In this document: piece by piece, positions 1 through 10,024 of the stretch | How the letters are laid out: every line of letters starts with the position of its first letter | How positions within the stretch are numbered: position 1 is the first letter of the stretch | Virus record (IMG/VR): IMGVR_UViG_3300019458_000021 | Location: 173,380-237,379 of that record | Direction: 5' to 3' (one strand) | Length of the DNA stretch: 64,000 bases | Program-made: the position numbers and the translations under genes | The notes under the pieces: model-generated | Database searches by the model: none | Seen by the model: the letters and a program-made list of their open reading frames with translations, nothing else | What the model was told of the DNA's origin: nothing

Positions 1-81
1 AATCAAAGAATTGTTTGTTTTATGACTTCCAACCACACTCTTGTTACACGAAGAAACGGAAAAATAGCACTCCACTCGAAT
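1..81 (+). mobile_element. Intein C-terminal splicing region (blocks F/G)
   Basis: IVCFMTSNHTLVTRRNGKIALHSN|S resembles the VxCxxxxxHTxxTRRNGKxxxxxN intein end, followed by a +1 Ser. Confidence 0.75.
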
Positions 82-423
82 TCAAAGCATGCAATGCACT
101 TGGTTCGCTTGCTTCGCATGGGCGTGGAAGCTCTAACTGAAGGCAAGATCATCGTTCGTCGTCCAGACGCAAAAGAACTGTTGGAGATCAGAGCTGGTTC
201 GTGGACTTATGAGCAGGTGGTGGAGTACGCTGAAAAGATGGACGTCATGGTCCGTGAACAGCTATATCCAACAACCAGCTTGCCTAAGAAGCCGAACTAC
301 AAACTTGCGGCACAGTTGACGATTGAGGTTCAAGACATGATGTGGAACCGAACCATTCGCACAATGAGTGAAGAGGAGAAGTTTCTGATCGTTGGCAACC
401 AACAATACAGGATCACAGACTAA
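1..423 (+). CDS. 3' part of a nucleotidyltransferase-like protein (T4 NrdC.11/RlaP-like), 5'-truncated by the window edge and containing an intein C-terminus
   Basis: Frame 1 is open from base 1. SKHAMHLVRLLRMG...EG.I.V.RPD..ELL.IR.G is the typical C-terminal helical region of this family. Confidence 0.7.
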   Translation, partial: NQRIVCFMTSNHTLVTRRNGKIALHSNSKHAMHLVRLLRMGVEALTEGKIIVRRPDAKELLEIRAGSWTYEQVVEYAEKMDVMVREQLYPTTSLPKKPNYKLAAQLTIEVQDMMWNRTIRTMSEEEKFLIVGNQQYRITD

Positions 424-996
424 ATGATCGACGAAGAACTAGAAAAAGAAATCATACAGTTACTGCAGTTGTTTGAACAGCGAGAACAATTATTCACCGT
501 TGGCACAGGAAAAATCATCGAGAAACTCGGTCCAACTGTTCTCGCTGCACTTTACGAGTTCTTCAACGTCTCGTATGACGCAATTTCGTGGCTGTTGATC
601 GACGTCAATGACGGCACATTGATGATAGGTGCTGTTGTCTCGTATAAAAACACCGATTTGGTGCCGGAGGCAATCAATCGCTTGTCACCTATGACAGGTG
701 AAGTACCAGAAGAAGGAAACCTAACCGAGGTTCAACGTCTGATGCGAATTGGTATTCCCTTGGCAATGGTGTTCCAGCCAAAAGAAGAGATTGTTCGTTT
801 TCTCAACAGCCGCGTTGCTCAACAAGCAACGCCAGAGGCTCCAACTCCAACTGTGTTCGTCAACAAAGCAACGGGCGAAGTGCTTGAAGCGAAACAAAAA
901 CCCGAAGAAAGCGATTTCGACAACAGTAAGCTTTCACGTGAGCAACTCGCCTCGTTACTCCAATCTCAACATCTGATCAAGGGAACAAAACACTAA
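424..996 (+). CDS. Hypothetical protein
   Basis: 190-aa ORF abutting both neighbours. Confidence 0.75.
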   Translation: MIDEELEKEIIQLLQLFEQREQLFTVGTGKIIEKLGPTVLAALYEFFNVSYDAISWLLIDVNDGTLMIGAVVSYKNTDLVPEAINRLSPMTGEVPEEGNLTEVQRLMRIGIPLAMVFQPKEEIVRFLNSRVAQQATPEAPTPTVFVNKATGEVLEAKQKPEESDFDNSKLSREQLASLLQSQHLIKGTKH

Positions 997-1475
997 TGGC
1001 AGATCCAACAAACATATTCCAAAAACTCGAACCAAAAGACAGTATAGCGTTTCGCCTGCTTCTTGAACGACACGTGCAACTGGAAGAAGAGTACGACCTT
1101 GCTCGGCAGAGCTTAACATTCAAAGGTAAGACGCTAGCGCAGGCAAACAATGATCAAGCCGAATGGCCGATCTACGTTGACGAACGACTTTCCGAACTTA
1201 AAACAATCTGTAAACGACTAGAAACCGTTGTGGATATGGTTCGGGGAAACATTGTTCGGCAGCTCAAGGGTGGCAGTGGGCTTGATTTAGGTCGCGACCT
1301 CACTCGCTACGTTGACCGTGACGACAAGTTCCTTGATGCTCAGGAACGATTCCTGATGTTTGACGAACTCCGTGAAAAGTATGCAGCACTTTCCGAAGCA
1401 TGGACCACAAGGGGGTATGCTTTGAAGAACAGAGTGGACATGTTGGTACATCAGGTAAAAGACAACCTGTTATAA
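996..1475 (+). CDS. UvsY-like recombination mediator
   Basis: Helical protein (KGKTL..AN, Y.D.D, final R...L.N.V) directly upstream of UvsW, as in T4-like phages. Confidence 0.55.
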   Translation: MADPTNIFQKLEPKDSIAFRLLLERHVQLEEEYDLARQSLTFKGKTLAQANNDQAEWPIYVDERLSELKTICKRLETVVDMVRGNIVRQLKGGSGLDLGRDLTRYVDRDDKFLDAQERFLMFDELREKYAALSEAWTTRGYALKNRVDMLVHQVKDNLL

Positions 1476-1477
1476 AC

Positions 1478-2995
1478 ATGCAAATACGAATAAGGATACT
1501 GAATGAAGTATACGTTGTTGTTCTGGATCTTCTACCAGAGCACGTCGATTACTTCTACGAAAAATACGCTGTTCATGCGCCGAACTACTTCTTCAATCCG
1601 CGCTACAAACTAGGCCAGTGGGACGGTAAGATTCGCTTCTTTCACAAGACGGGCAAGACATACTTGTACCTGTTGGAAGACCTCTTGCCGCGTATCGTCA
1701 ATCTTGGCTACAAGGTCGTCTTAGAAGACCTGCGTGACAACGTTCTGGTTGCAGCCGACGAAATCGATGCTGACTTGTTTAACGCCGTAAAGCATCCTGA
1801 CACAGGTGAAGCTACGGTACTTCGCGAACATCAGGTTGCAGCTGTAAATTCACTTATCCGAGAAGGTTTTGGTACAGTGATAGCATCAACCGGATCTGGC
1901 AAAACTCTAATGTGTGCTGCGTTGTGTTATCAGTATGATAAGTTTGGATTGAAGTCGTTAACAATCGTTCCAAACAAGGACTTGATTCGTCAAACACGCC
2001 AAACATACATTCATTACGGACTCGACACAGGCGAATATAGCGGCGAACGAAAGACACTTGGACATCAACACGTTGTTTCAACGTGGCAAGCACTTAAGAA
2101 TGCACCGGAAGTGATCACGATGTTCAACATTGTCATCGTCGATGAGGCGCATGGTTTGAAAGGCAATGTCCTGTCAACAATCCTGACCGACCATGCTGCA
2201 AAGGTCCCGTATCGCTTTGGTTTCACTGGTACGCTGCCAAAGGACAAATCTGATGCTTGGGCTGTTCATGTGGCCGTTGGTCCAGTCCGCTACCAAGTTC
2301 CAGCTTTTGAACTGATCGAGAAGGGACTTCTTGCCAAGATCAATATTGATGTGGTCCAACTGACTGAAGATCTGACTGAAGAGTACGACCAATTCATTGC
2401 CGACACACCAAACATTCCCAATAATGAGCAGCCGACGTATGCAGAGTTCAAAGAAGGCTACTTTCCAGACTTTACAGCTGAGAAGTCATACTTGCAACAC
2501 AAGGAAGACCGGATCACATATCTTGCGCAGTATATTGAAGCAAAGCGGGATGCAAAAAGGGGAAACGTTCTCTGTCTCATAGACAACATTGCATTTGGTC
2601 GAAAACTCGCTGCAGAAATCAATGGAGCTATTTTCGTCAATGGTAAGGATGTTAGATCAACGAAGGAACGAAAACAGATCTATGACTTGTTTGCTTCTCA
2701 CGACGATCTTGTCGTGATTGCTACGGTCCACATTGCAGGAACTGGCATTGACATTCACCGCATCTTCAACCTAATGTTAATCGATATTGGAAAATCATTC
2801 ATTCGAGTGATCCAAGCAATTGGTCGAGGACTGCGCATGGCAGAAGACAAGGATAGCGTTCACATCTCTGATTTGACGAGCGATTTAAAGTACAGTCGCA
2901 AACATATGCGAGAGCGAATAAAGTTCTACAAAGAAGCTCAATACCCTCATAAGCTACACAAAATCAACTACTCGAAGCTTGTCCTCGAGGACTAA
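1478..2995 (+). CDS. uvsW: UvsW-like SF2 DNA helicase
   Basis: Motifs F.PRYKLGQWDGKIRF, STGSGKT, DEAH, GFTGT, GTGIDI and QAIGRGLR. Confidence 0.9.
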   Translation: MQIRIRILNEVYVVVLDLLPEHVDYFYEKYAVHAPNYFFNPRYKLGQWDGKIRFFHKTGKTYLYLLEDLLPRIVNLGYKVVLEDLRDNVLVAADEIDADLFNAVKHPDTGEATVLREHQVAAVNSLIREGFGTVIASTGSGKTLMCAALCYQYDKFGLKSLTIVPNKDLIRQTRQTYIHYGLDTGEYSGERKTLGHQHVVSTWQALKNAPEVITMFNIVIVDEAHGLKGNVLSTILTDHAAKVPYRFGFTGTLPKDKSDAWAVHVAVGPVRYQVPAFELIEKGLLAKINIDVVQLTEDLTEEYDQFIADTPNIPNNEQPTYAEFKEGYFPDFTAEKSYLQHKEDRITYLAQYIEAKRDAKRGNVLCLIDNIAFGRKLAAEINGAIFVNGKDVRSTKERKQIYDLFASHDDLVVIATVHIAGTGIDIHRIFNLMLIDIGKSFIRVIQAIGRGLRMAEDKDSVHISDLTSDLKYSRKHMRERIKFYKEAQYPHKLHKINYSKLVLED

Positions 2996-3013
2996 CGTCG
3001 CTATAATAGAACG

Positions 3014-3505
3014 ATGCTGATTTTTGACACTGAAAACAAGCCTGTCCTTTTAGACAGCATTTACACCCCGACGTTGACTGATCATATGTGGGTTCTTGAT
3101 TTGAACCTCATGGACTTTACAATGTCTCCCTTGCTTGTCCTTGAGGAGATTGTGTGTCCGGTAATTGTTGTCGCGGTTAGAGGCTTCGAGTTTCCTCTGC
3201 CAGCAAATTGGAACATTCTCGTGTACGACACAGACACATCACAGCTTGATGTGATTGAGGTTGCAGAGGCTGCTGGACGTGAGTTCACTGCACTGGTGTA
3301 TGGACCGAACAAGGCGAATTTCGGTGCGGGAATTGTCTCAGTGACAAACTACTTCGCTGAGTTCCGTATTGTTGCCCCCTCATTAAACAAACATCAAATG
3401 TTGTGTCATCCAATTGGACCAGACGAATGGGTAACGGTCTCTCCATCTGACGGGTACAACAAGTATTTGAAGGGTCGGATCGTTGGTGACCTAATAGGAT
3501 ATTGA
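3014..3505 (+). CDS. Hypothetical protein
   Basis: 163-aa ORF; TATAAT just upstream. Confidence 0.75.
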   Translation: MLIFDTENKPVLLDSIYTPTLTDHMWVLDLNLMDFTMSPLLVLEEIVCPVIVVAVRGFEFPLPANWNILVYDTDTSQLDVIEVAEAAGREFTALVYGPNKANFGAGIVSVTNYFAEFRIVAPSLNKHQMLCHPIGPDEWVTVSPSDGYNKYLKGRIVGDLIGY

Positions 3506-3569
3506 ACAATTTGAGTGGTATATCTGTCAAAAATTGTTGTAAATAACAGCTTAGGTGAACTAATAGGAT

Positions 3570-3971
3570 ATGAACATGGCAGAGAAAAAAGAAAAGAAAC
3601 TCACAGTCAAAGAGTTCAAATACTGGCTTGAAGGTGTCGAAGAAATGCAAGATGAAGGCTGGTATCCCGATCCGCGCCAATGGAAACGCATTCGCGAAAA
3701 GATAGGACTGCTTGACGAGGCCGCCTCAATGATGACTGAAGTTCAGGCTGCTGGACTTACGTCAATTGCCCCTGGTATAATGGCATTTCCTCCAAATGTG
3801 AATCCAAACAATCCGTTGGAACGAATGAACATTGATCCAGCTAACTTTCCACAACCGACTGCTCGTCCACCAGGCAATGGCCCGTTCTTAAACGATGACA
3901 CATCCAAACCAGCCAAGACCCCAAACATCGACACCGGACCGGGTAAGCCTTACGCAAGCTCATTTACATAG
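3570..3971 (+). CDS. Hypothetical protein with Pro-rich C-terminus
   Basis: 133-aa ORF after TAAATA at 3540. Confidence 0.7.
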   Translation: MNMAEKKEKKLTVKEFKYWLEGVEEMQDEGWYPDPRQWKRIREKIGLLDEAASMMTEVQAAGLTSIAPGIMAFPPNVNPNNPLERMNIDPANFPQPTARPPGNGPFLNDDTSKPAKTPNIDTGPGKPYASSFT

Positions 3972-4494
3972 TACAACGCTGAAAGACCGCACCCTTTGGT
4001 TTGATGGTGATTCGTCGTTCAACTCAGATACGTTGTACGACGCCGTTCAGAAGTATGACGTAAAGTTTGTCGATTGGATCTCACCTCTCGTTGCCCAATA
4101 CAATCGTCAAGTTCAGACCGATCAAGAACTCACTGTCAAAACACGATGCAAGCCTTTAACGTTTGACTGGACGATTCCTGAGAAGTACGCTAAACTTGAC
4201 ATTGTGCAGCATATCGCCGACAAGCATTGGGCTGTCTTGCGGACGTGCCCGGAACAGGAGTGGGAAGATCGCGAACTTCGCCTCGTTTCAGAGCTACGGA
4301 ACTATCAGAAGCGGAATTTGTACGGCGTTTTACGCGTAATCATTTTCGTCATAAATACCTTAACCGACAATGATATAGTGTGGGGTGTCGGCCGTGGCAG
4401 CAGCGTGTCGTCTTATGTCTTGTATGTGATAGGTGTTCACGACGTGGATAGCTTTGCATATGATCTCGACGTCGACGACTTCCTGCACGATTAG
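3895..4494 (+). CDS. DNA polymerase III alpha (DnaE)-like N-terminal fragment
   Basis: RL..EL, then IVWGVGRGSSVSSYVLYVIGVHDVD (GRGS motif). The ORF ends before the catalytic DxD. Start codon uncertain. Confidence 0.8.
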   Translation: MTHPNQPRPQTSTPDRVSLTQAHLHSTTLKDRTLWFDGDSSFNSDTLYDAVQKYDVKFVDWISPLVAQYNRQVQTDQELTVKTRCKPLTFDWTIPEKYAKLDIVQHIADKHWAVLRTCPEQEWEDRELRLVSELRNYQKRNLYGVLRVIIFVINTLTDNDIVWGVGRGSSVSSYVLYVIGVHDVDSFAYDLDVDDFLHD

Positions 4495-4503
4495 GAGAGG
4501 GTT

Positions 4504-4764
4504 ATGCGAAAAGGAGTGCGTAGTGCGCGCGGCGTTGAAGTCAACTTCGACCTGCTCAAAATCAAACAACAGATTGCTTCTGCTCCGAAAACAACGGAAG
4601 TGAAAGCGCGCGAGAGCTTTATTGATCAGAAGTTCAAGCGCCGGCTTAAGAGGGTACAGGCACAAGTGACGGATAATACAATTCCGCCACCAGGACCACA
4701 AGTATTTCCTGAAGTCGTCGTCGAGAAAAAGTTACCGGAGTCAGACGAACCAAAAGAACAATAA
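4504..4764 (+). CDS. Hypothetical protein
   Basis: 86-aa ORF with a GGAG RBS. Confidence 0.7.
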   Translation: MRKGVRSARGVEVNFDLLKIKQQIASAPKTTEVKARESFIDQKFKRRLKRVQAQVTDNTIPPPGPQVFPEVVVEKKLPESDEPKEQ

Positions 4765-4779
4765 TACGGAGTGCATATT

Positions 4780-5373
4780 ATGAAACTTAGACCCATACAA
4801 AACCATATCATCTTTCGCTTTCTTGAAACCGTTGATTCAAAAGGATATTTCACTAAAAAGCTCGACTGGGGATTTGAAGTACAAGGACATGCTGACGATA
4901 GTGCAAAATCTCCTCGTTGGGTGAAAGTCCTTGATGTAGGACCAGATTGTAAAGGCGTAAAGCCAGGTGATGATATTCTTGTTAAGCCATTGATGTGGTC
5001 GTTGCGATTCAAGGTCGACGGCGAACAACTATGGCGAACCGATGAAAGCAAGATCATTGCCGCAGATACGATAACAACGGACGAAGCAGGAAACATCAAA
5101 CACGACTTTCGTGCTTTCGGTAAGAGTGTAATTTTCCATCGCATGGACGTTCAGAAAAACGTCACCGAATCTGGTCTCCATGTCGAAGGCAAAATAAACG
5201 ATGATACGGCATACGGACAAGTTGTTGACCTTGGCCCGGATGCGGTTTCCGAGCTCAAAAACGCAAAAGTATACTTCCTGGACCAGAACTTCTTTGGTTA
5301 CTTCGAGTACAGAGGCGTTAAGTTCTGCTATATCGAAGAAAACGAGATTCTGGCATACGAACCTAAGGAGTAA
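4780..5373 (+). CDS. GroES-like co-chaperonin with two tandem domains
   Basis: MKLRPIQNHI...VLDVGPD...VKPGDDILV...DESKIIA, then a second copy TESGLHV...GQVVDLGPD...IEENEILA. Confidence 0.75.
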   Translation: MKLRPIQNHIIFRFLETVDSKGYFTKKLDWGFEVQGHADDSAKSPRWVKVLDVGPDCKGVKPGDDILVKPLMWSLRFKVDGEQLWRTDESKIIAADTITTDEAGNIKHDFRAFGKSVIFHRMDVQKNVTESGLHVEGKINDDTAYGQVVDLGPDAVSELKNAKVYFLDQNFFGYFEYRGVKFCYIEENEILAYEPKE

Positions 5374-5375
5374 CA

Positions 5376-6584
5376 ATGCTGTTCATTGCCATGTTGATTG
5401 CTACAACAATAGCAATCGCAGGATCTGCTGCTTACTTTAGCGTGTATGGTCTTGCGTATACGTTCAGTGGGATGTTCTGGTATGTTGTTGTTATGGGAGC
5501 ATCTCTTGAAGCTGGTAAACTGATGTCCGCTTCGTATCTTTACCGATACTGGTCAAAGATGGGTGGGTGGACGTGGCTTCGATACTACATGATTGCTGGT
5601 ATTCTGGCGTTGATGTTTCTGACGTCTGCTGGCATTTTCGGCTTCTTGTCATCTGGTTATCAGGCAGATGTCCTTCCGTTGAAACAGAAAGAAGCACAAG
5701 TCAAGCTTCTTGAGGACGAAAAGGTCCGTAAGCTTGCTCGGAAACAACAAATAGACGACCTGATCGCCCGATCTCCAATAGTGCAAAATCTTGAGCGTAA
5801 CGGCGAGATCGACCGTCGCGCAATGCTTGTGTTGCGCGAAAGCACACGCGCACGAGACAGTTTGACCCGACAGTATAAGGCAGAACAGACCGAAGTCACG
5901 AAGCGACTGAATGAACTCGACAAAGAGATCCTTGCGCTTCAACAAGAAATCATCAAGACAGAAGCACATATTGGTCCGATTACCTACATCGCGAAGGCGT
6001 TTGGTTATGAAACGGATCAAGCAACAAAGTACCTGATCTTCATAATCATCTTTGCGTTCGACCCAATGGCAATCGCTTTGACGCTCGGCGTGAACATCGC
6101 TTTGCGAGTCCGTAATAACGAACGGCGACCAATGCCAGAGATCAAACCTCGCGAATCGATGCTGCCTGAACCAAAACACACACCACCAATGCCAGAGATC
6201 AAACAGCATCCAAAGCAGGAGATTGACCCTCGTGAATTCATTGGAGAACTGTTGCCCGAACCAAAACACACACCACCAATGCCAGAGATCGAACAGCCTC
6301 ACGCTGTTCGAGCAGAAATTCTTCCGGTAAAGATTCCAATTTCAGAGCCTGTTGTTGAGAAAAAACCTGAACAGCCTGTTGAAAAACGCATTCGTCCACG
6401 ATACATTGACGAACTGGCCGCAAGTAGTGGTGCGATCAACCCCGATGCGCTATACGAATTGATCAGCTACTATCGTGAACTAAAGGCGAAGCCTCATCCT
6501 TTAACGGGTCAAGACCTTGTTGACAAGCACGCAATCGAGAACATTCTTCGTAGTCATGGATTGATGTTATACTTCAACGAGTAG
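5376..6584 (+). CDS. Membrane protein with coiled coil and Pro-rich repeats
   Basis: Three N-terminal hydrophobic helices, a coiled coil, a further TM segment (IIFAFDPMAI) and PEPKHTPPMPEI twice. Confidence 0.75.
   Translation: MLFIAMLIATTIAIAGSAAYFSVYGLAYTFSGMFWYVVVMGASLEAGKLMSASYLYRYWSKMGGWTWLRYYMIAGILALMFLTSAGIFGFLSSGYQADVLPLKQKEAQVKLLEDEKVRKLARKQQIDDLIARSPIVQNLERNGEIDRRAMLVLRESTRARDSLTRQYKAEQTEVTKRLNELDKEILALQQEIIKTEAHIGPITYIAKAFGYETDQATKYLIFIIIFAFDPMAIALTLGVNIALRVRNNERRPMPEIKPRESMLPEPKHTPPMPEIKQHPKQEIDPREFIGELLPEPKHTPPMPEIEQPHAVRAEILPVKIPISEPVVEKKPEQPVEKRIRPRYIDELAASSGAINPDALYELISYYRELKAKPHPLTGQDLVDKHAIENILRSHGLMLYFNE
6128..6290 (+). repeat. In-frame coding repeats (CCAATGCCAGAGATC x3; ~37-bp unit x2)
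   Basis: gaaccaaaacacacaccaccaatgccagagatc at ~6168 and ~6258. Confidence 0.85.
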
Positions 6585-6612
6585 TTGATTTGTTCCTTGT
6601 AGTCGGTATAAT
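6585..6612 (+). promoter_or_regulatory. sigma70-like promoter for the clamp-loader operon
   Basis: TTGATT-N16-TATAAT, followed by an AGGAG RBS. Confidence 0.5.
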
Positions 6613-6636
6613 AGTACGATACCAAGGAGCATCCTA

Positions 6637-7566
6637 ATGCAAGATAAGCATAAGCTTTGGGTCGAAAAATACAGACCCTCTGCAATAGAAGACTACATTT
6701 TTCACGACGGACATCAACGGGCCTCATTCGAGGTGATGATTGCAAATAAAACGATCCCACACCTACTTTTGTCTGGTGTTCAAGGATCTGGTAAGACAAC
6801 AATCGCTCGAATCCTTATCAGTGCAATGGAACTTGACAACAGTGATGTGCTGAAGATCAACGCTTCACGAGAAAACACCGTTGAAGTGGTTCGTGAGAAG
6901 ATTCAAAGCTTCGTTTCCACGTTCGCAATGAGTGACTTCAAGGTTGTGTACCTCGAAGAAGCGGACTACATCACGTTGAACGGTCAAGCCGTAATGCGCA
7001 ATATCATGGAACAGTATTCGAATCACGTCCGGTTCCTACTAACTTGTAACTACGCCCATCGAATCATGCCCGCTATCGTGTCGCGATGCCAACACTTCCA
7101 TTTCAAAGCTCCGCCAAAAGCAGAAGTAGCAAGCTACTGCTATGAAATTCTTGGCCGGGAACGAATCAACTTCTCCGATGCGACGTTGATCAAATACATA
7201 ACGCACGGCTATCCGGACATTCGCAAGATCGTCAATTCGTTACAACAGAATTCGAGTACTGGTGAGCTTCTTGATCCAAAGCTAGAAGGCGCTGCCGGTG
7301 ATTGGAAGTTCCAACTGATCGACATGATTGAACAGAATAAGTGGAATGAAGCTAGGAAACTGGTGTGTGCGAGTGTTGATGGAGAAGAGTGGGTCGAATT
7401 GTACAGATTCCTCTACGAGAATCTACGTCGAGGCCTCAAGTTTCAAGACACTGCAAAGTGGGAGGAAGGAATTCTCACGATTGCAAAACATCTATACCAG
7501 CATGGTGTTGTTGCTGATCCCGAGATCAATGCAGCTGCCATGTTTATCAGCTTAGGACAACTATAA
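6637..7566 (+). CDS. Clamp loader ATPase subunit (gp44/RFC-like)
   Basis: WVEKYRP, GVQGSGKTT, INAS, EEAD, SRC and YPDIRK motifs. Confidence 0.92.
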   Translation: MQDKHKLWVEKYRPSAIEDYIFHDGHQRASFEVMIANKTIPHLLLSGVQGSGKTTIARILISAMELDNSDVLKINASRENTVEVVREKIQSFVSTFAMSDFKVVYLEEADYITLNGQAVMRNIMEQYSNHVRFLLTCNYAHRIMPAIVSRCQHFHFKAPPKAEVASYCYEILGRERINFSDATLIKYITHGYPDIRKIVNSLQQNSSTGELLDPKLEGAAGDWKFQLIDMIEQNKWNEARKLVCASVDGEEWVELYRFLYENLRRGLKFQDTAKWEEGILTIAKHLYQHGVVADPEINAAAMFISLGQL

Positions 7567-7931
7567 TGGCTCGTAGAAAGAAACCAGACGCAGAGACGCC
7601 TGAACAGGCGAGACAACGAAGAATTTTCGAGACGATTTGTGACCATGCAACGCGTGGTGAAAAGGTATCGTGGAATCGATTGATGGACAACATGGTGTCT
7701 TTGCTTGCAAAGTTAAAACCGATTGAAGACAAAATCGTCGCGCTGCAGTCACAGAAACTTCCGATCATTGACGAAGTTGCGAATCTTCGCCGACGAATGG
7801 TAATGGACTGTGTTCATCCGTATGAACAACTAGTGCTTACTGCTGAACACGTTGAGTGCAAATTCTGCATGAGGCGCTTTCGCGTGCCAAATATGCACGA
7901 CGATAGCGTGTTGAGTCAGGATTCCCAATGA
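7566..7931 (+). CDS. Hypothetical protein with C-terminal CxH/CxxC
   Basis: 121-aa ORF overlapping both neighbours. Confidence 0.7.
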   Translation: MARRKKPDAETPEQARQRRIFETICDHATRGEKVSWNRLMDNMVSLLAKLKPIEDKIVALQSQKLPIIDEVANLRRRMVMDCVHPYEQLVLTAEHVECKFCMRRFRVPNMHDDSVLSQDSQ

Positions 7932-8860
7932 ACAAGGAACTATTGAACTATCTTCGTCATCTTTCCGAAGAAGACATCAAATCACTTTCACAGCGAGCTC
8001 TGAAAACGTGTGAAGAAGTTGGTGAGCTCGCTCGTGTTGTTTTGCCTTATGACGGAGCATATGCAACAAATCATCGTTTTGCGACCCGCGAGGATATTCT
8101 CGAAGAAGCTGTCGATACGGTGTTCTGTGCTTTATCAGTTGCTCATGCGCTTCAGTTTACCGACGAAGAAATTGAAGATATGATGTGGCTGAAAGCGGAA
8201 AAGTGGGCTCGACTGCAACACAACGAAAAGAACCTGAAATACCCAGTACCATTTGAGATTCATATTACTGTTGAACTGGATCCAATGATAGAAGATTCCG
8301 AGCGATTCAAAACAACATGCGCCGAGGCGAACGTAAAACCACTTGATCTCGTAACACAAACAAGAACGATCAAAGATGTGATGACATCATCAAAACATTT
8401 CGGAGACAATCGGTCGGCCTATGAAGAGATGAAACGAATTACTGGCCGTTTGATGGCAGCAGGATTCATGGTAGTTCGAGAAAAGATTGAAACTGTTTCT
8501 TGGCATCCAGCCGCTCCACAACACATCGGTGATGGTTCAAAAATGCCAGAGAATTGCTATTTTGAAAGTCATATTCCTGTTCGACTCCATCCAAATGATA
8601 TGGATATTCTTACTCGTCGTTGTAAGGAAATGGATCTACATCTTTCCCGAAATGGCTTTAAGACACACGAAGACGGTGACGTGACATACATGGCAACATA
8701 TCGAGTATATGAAGGCACCAATGAACAGTTCCGTGCATATGTAGATCAGGCCGTTCAATATCTTGACGCCCAGGAATACATCGTTGGAAAACCAATGAAC
8801 GAATTTAGCGTATATGATACGAAAGTGAGCCACGACGCAAAATGGCTGACCGGAAACTAA
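7928..8860 (+). CDS. MazG-like NTP pyrophosphohydrolase fused to an uncharacterised domain
   Basis: KTCEEVGELAR...EEAVD (EExxE...ExxD); the C-terminal part has repeated FEIHI/FESHI modules. Confidence 0.75.
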   Translation: MNKELLNYLRHLSEEDIKSLSQRALKTCEEVGELARVVLPYDGAYATNHRFATREDILEEAVDTVFCALSVAHALQFTDEEIEDMMWLKAEKWARLQHNEKNLKYPVPFEIHITVELDPMIEDSERFKTTCAEANVKPLDLVTQTRTIKDVMTSSKHFGDNRSAYEEMKRITGRLMAAGFMVVREKIETVSWHPAAPQHIGDGSKMPENCYFESHIPVRLHPNDMDILTRRCKEMDLHLSRNGFKTHEDGDVTYMATYRVYEGTNEQFRAYVDQAVQYLDAQEYIVGKPMNEFSVYDTKVSHDAKWLTGN

Positions 8861-9303
8861 ACCTATTCGAACTGCTAGGAGCTATTAGTGAGAAAAACAC
8901 TGGCTACTATCAAAATCTGACAGATGAAGAACTGAAAGAGCTTCAACCGTTTGTCATCATGCGATGGCTAACGGGAACGTCAAGCAAACGACAAGTGTAC
9001 CTTTTGAATGCTGTTGTAAATCCATTCGTGTTCGATCTTGGACAGCATAAACAGTTGTTGTTCTATCTTCTGACGTTGTGTACTCAGCACGCGCAACGAT
9101 ACAACTGGATCAAACCACCCAGCTCAAAACGGCTGGGCAAATTAGCGGTGACGGTCCTGTGTGATTACTTCAAGTACACAAAACGACAAGCAATTGATGC
9201 TGCGAAACTTTTGCAATCAGAAGACATTCTGGACTATGCCGAACAATTAGGTTGGCAAAAAGAAGAGATCGCTAAGCTGAAAAAAGAGCTAAAAGGCGAC
9301 TGA
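8842..9303 (+). CDS. Clamp loader small subunit (gp62-like)
   Basis: LFELL.AI, PFVIMRWL, R..WIK, Y......A pattern; near the gp44-like gene. Confidence 0.6.
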   Translation: MADRKLNLFELLGAISEKNTGYYQNLTDEELKELQPFVIMRWLTGTSSKRQVYLLNAVVNPFVFDLGQHKQLLFYLLTLCTQHAQRYNWIKPPSSKRLGKLAVTVLCDYFKYTKRQAIDAAKLLQSEDILDYAEQLGWQKEEIAKLKKELKGD

Positions 9304-10016
9304 TGTTGGGACTGACAATGACGAAATCGCCAACAAAATACAAGGCGGCATACACATGCAAGTATTGTTCCCACACGTTTGTTCACGAGAACAGATACTT
9401 GCAGCACAAGTGCAAGCAAATGAAACGGCTGGAAGAATTCCAGACACCAGAAGGGCAAGCTGCGTGGCTACATTATCAACAATGGCTCCGTGCTCAGAAA
9501 CGAATGCCACCTCCAGCGAAATCATTTCTTACGTCGAAGTATTACAGAACGTTTGTTAACTTTGCCAAGCATGTTAAAGCAGTCGGGCTACCAAAGGCGG
9601 AAAAGTTCATCTGGTTAATGCAGGAAAAGGGCTTGCAACCGTCGATTTGGACGTCGGATGAAGTGTACTCGCTATACCTAGAACACCTTGATCGAAACAC
9701 ACTGCCTGTCGAGCAGGCAAAGATGTCGATTGATACGCTGCTTAATCTAGCAGATCAGAAAGGAACGGACGTTTCGACTGTGTTTGAGGTTTTGACACCT
9801 ATTGACGTGATCTATCTACTTCGAACTCGCCAACTATCACCATGGTTCTTACTGCGGAGCCGCAAGTTCAAGCAACTGTTCAAAGACAAGGCATCCCCCG
9901 AGCAGCAAGTGATCCTTGAAACGATCATTCGGCCAGATTACTGGCTTGAGAAATTCGAAAAACACCCCAAAGAACTCGCTGAAATCAACAAGTACGTTGC
10001 CGCTCTGGACTTATAG
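9303..10016 (+). CDS. Hypothetical protein with N-terminal zinc finger
   Basis: YTCKYC..TF......QHKC. Confidence 0.7.
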   Translation: MLGLTMTKSPTKYKAAYTCKYCSHTFVHENRYLQHKCKQMKRLEEFQTPEGQAAWLHYQQWLRAQKRMPPPAKSFLTSKYYRTFVNFAKHVKAVGLPKAEKFIWLMQEKGLQPSIWTSDEVYSLYLEHLDRNTLPVEQAKMSIDTLLNLADQKGTDVSTVFEVLTPIDVIYLLRTRQLSPWFLLRSRKFKQLFKDKASPEQQVILETIIRPDYWLEKFEKHPKELAEINKYVAALDL

Positions 10017-10024
10017 CTCTTCCA

